In this document: one piece after another, positions 43,450-44,015 of the stretch
How positions within the stretch are numbered: position 1 is the first letter of the stretch
How the letters are laid out: each line of letters starts with the position of its first letter
Origin: Thermoplasmatota archaeon
GTDB lineage: Archaea; Thermoplasmatota; Penumbrarchaeia; Penumbrarchaeales; Penumbrarchaeaceae
DNA length: 44,015 nt
Direction: 5' to 3'
Assembly (NCBI GenBank): GCA_049472235.1
Contig: JBLIRI010000002.1
Span: 1 to 44,015 of the forward strand
Made by a program: the position numbers and the translations under genes
Notes under the pieces: model-generated
The model's database searches: none
What the model saw: only the letters and a program-made list of their open reading frames with translations
Told to the model about the DNA's origin: nothing

Positions 43450-43465
43450 GGCGCAGAGGAGGGGA
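43450..43465 (-). repeat. partial copy A of the tRNA-Ser 3' end
   Basis: GGCGCAGAGGAGGGGA, identical to copy B over 16 nt. It corresponds to the acceptor/T-stem 3' strand of the tRNA with one mismatch. Confidence 0.6.
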
Positions 43466-43685
43466 CGTTGAAATAAGTCAAATAATTGACGATTATTCTT
43501 TTTTCAATGTCTTTGGAAAATCAAAGATTTTCCAGACCTGGATGTTAAAATGATAAGTTGTTTATTTCTTAAACATCCAGATCCAGATAAATATGCTTTA
43601 ATTGGAATAAAATTCATATTTATCGTTTGTAATTAATTTCGCGCGCCAATTTCTGTGCCCAATTTAAAATTGACGAAAAGAAATT

Positions 43686-43706
43686 GGCGCAGAGGAGGGG
43701 ATTCGA
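43686..43706 (-). repeat. partial copy B of the tRNA-Ser 3' end (T-loop to acceptor, followed by CCA)
   Basis: The reverse complement, TCGAATCCCCTCCTCTGCGCC(A), matches the tRNA 3' end TCGAATCCCCCCCTCTGCG with one mismatch. Confidence 0.65.
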
Positions 43707-43844
43707 CATTTCAAAATCGGAGATTTTTCATGTCTTGAAACATCGGTGGGGGCCGTGATATGTTTCAAGATCTAGGCAAATTCTTTCAGAATTTCCCTGA
43801 CCTGCAAACCCTCGGATAAGGCAACCTCGGGTTTCCAGGACCAA

Positions 43845-43860
43845 GGTTCGAATCCCCCCC
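43845..43860 (+). repeat. inverted 16-nt copy of the tRNA-Ser T-arm/acceptor segment
   Basis: GGTTCGAATCCCCCCC on the + strand is the exact reverse complement of 43916-43931 inside the tRNA gene. It lacks a complete T stem, so it is not a tRNA. Confidence 0.6.
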
Positions 43861-43909
43861 GCGAATATTACATTTCAAAATTAAAATTGGTCAGGACCAA
43901 TGAAATGAG

Positions 43910-43995
43910 CGCAGAGGGGGGGATTCGAACCCCCGAGGGCTTGCGCCCACCGGATTTCAAGTCCGGCGCCGTGGGCCGTGCTTGACTACCTCTGC
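43910..43995 (-). tRNA. tRNA-Ser (anticodon UGA), type II with a long variable arm
   Basis: Hand-folded. Acceptor GCAGAGG/CCTCTGC. Anticodon arm CCGGA-CTTGAAA-TCCGG. Variable arm GGGC-GCAA-GCCC. T arm GGGGG-TTCGAAT-CCCCC. Discriminator G. No encoded CCA. Confidence 0.85.
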
Positions 43996-44015
43996 GGATT
44001 TTGGCGGTTGTCGGT

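Noticed and set aside
43800-43870. A + strand tRNA suggested by GGTTCGAATCC
   Set aside because: Only 2 bp of T stem can form, and no complementary 5' acceptor strand or anticodon arm is present upstream. It is an inverted fragment of the adjacent tRNA-Ser, not a gene.
43450-43930. CRISPR array suggested by the recurring GCGCAGAGG..GGGGA motif at spacing of about 230 nt
   Set aside because: There are only three copies. The spacing is far larger than CRISPR spacers. The repeat is simply the 3' end of the tRNA, and no cas genes are present.

Overview
A 44 kb archaeal chromosomal segment. I infer a Thermoplasmatota-like euryarchaeon from the class I LysRS, TrmY, a geranylgeranyl reductase with its own ferredoxin, GfcR-like and PRC-barrel proteins, and the uS12-uS7-aEF2-aEF1alpha-uS10 str cluster. 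I support about 43 protein genes and one tRNA-Ser(UGA). Coding density is high. Internal operon genes are preceded by GGAGGTGA-like Shine-Dalgarno sites, and first genes sit about 25-50 nt from A/T-rich TATA-like boxes. TGA is the dominant stop codon.

Housekeeping genes:
- phosphohexomutase (partial, at the left edge), MoxR ATPase, COG3199 NAD-kinase-like protein, SAM methyltransferase
- isocitrate/isopropylmalate dehydrogenase-family enzyme, LysK, cyclophilin, thioredoxin
- nitrilase-family hydrolase, formimidoyltransferase-cyclodeaminase, TrmY

These are interleaved with five very large type-I membrane-anchored surface proteins carrying cadherin/PKD/CARDB/beta-helix/TSP3 modules. By coordinates they total about 12.2 kb, or roughly 28% of the window.

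Items worth a second look:
1. The str-operon aEF-2 gene carries an in-frame TAG. It also has a Leu in place of the universally conserved switch-II His. TAG clearly acts as a stop elsewhere in the window.
2. A tightly coupled trio of KaiC/RecA-like paralogs has one intact and two degenerate P-loops. It lies downstream of a protein with an HKD-less PLD-like domain plus TPR repeats, a degenerate TraB-like protein and a beta-helix surface protein.
3. One operon encodes a cradle-loop-barrel (AbrB/Cdc48-N-like) protein, three paralogous coiled-coil proteins and a double PRC-barrel protein.
4. uS7 has a KE/P-rich N-terminal extension of about 140 aa.
5. An AT-rich, ORF-free stretch of about 0.7 kb lies next to tRNA-Ser. 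It contains tandem partial copies of the tRNA 3' end and several strong hairpins, which may be integration scars or ncRNA.

All domain calls come from reading motifs by eye. No database search was run.
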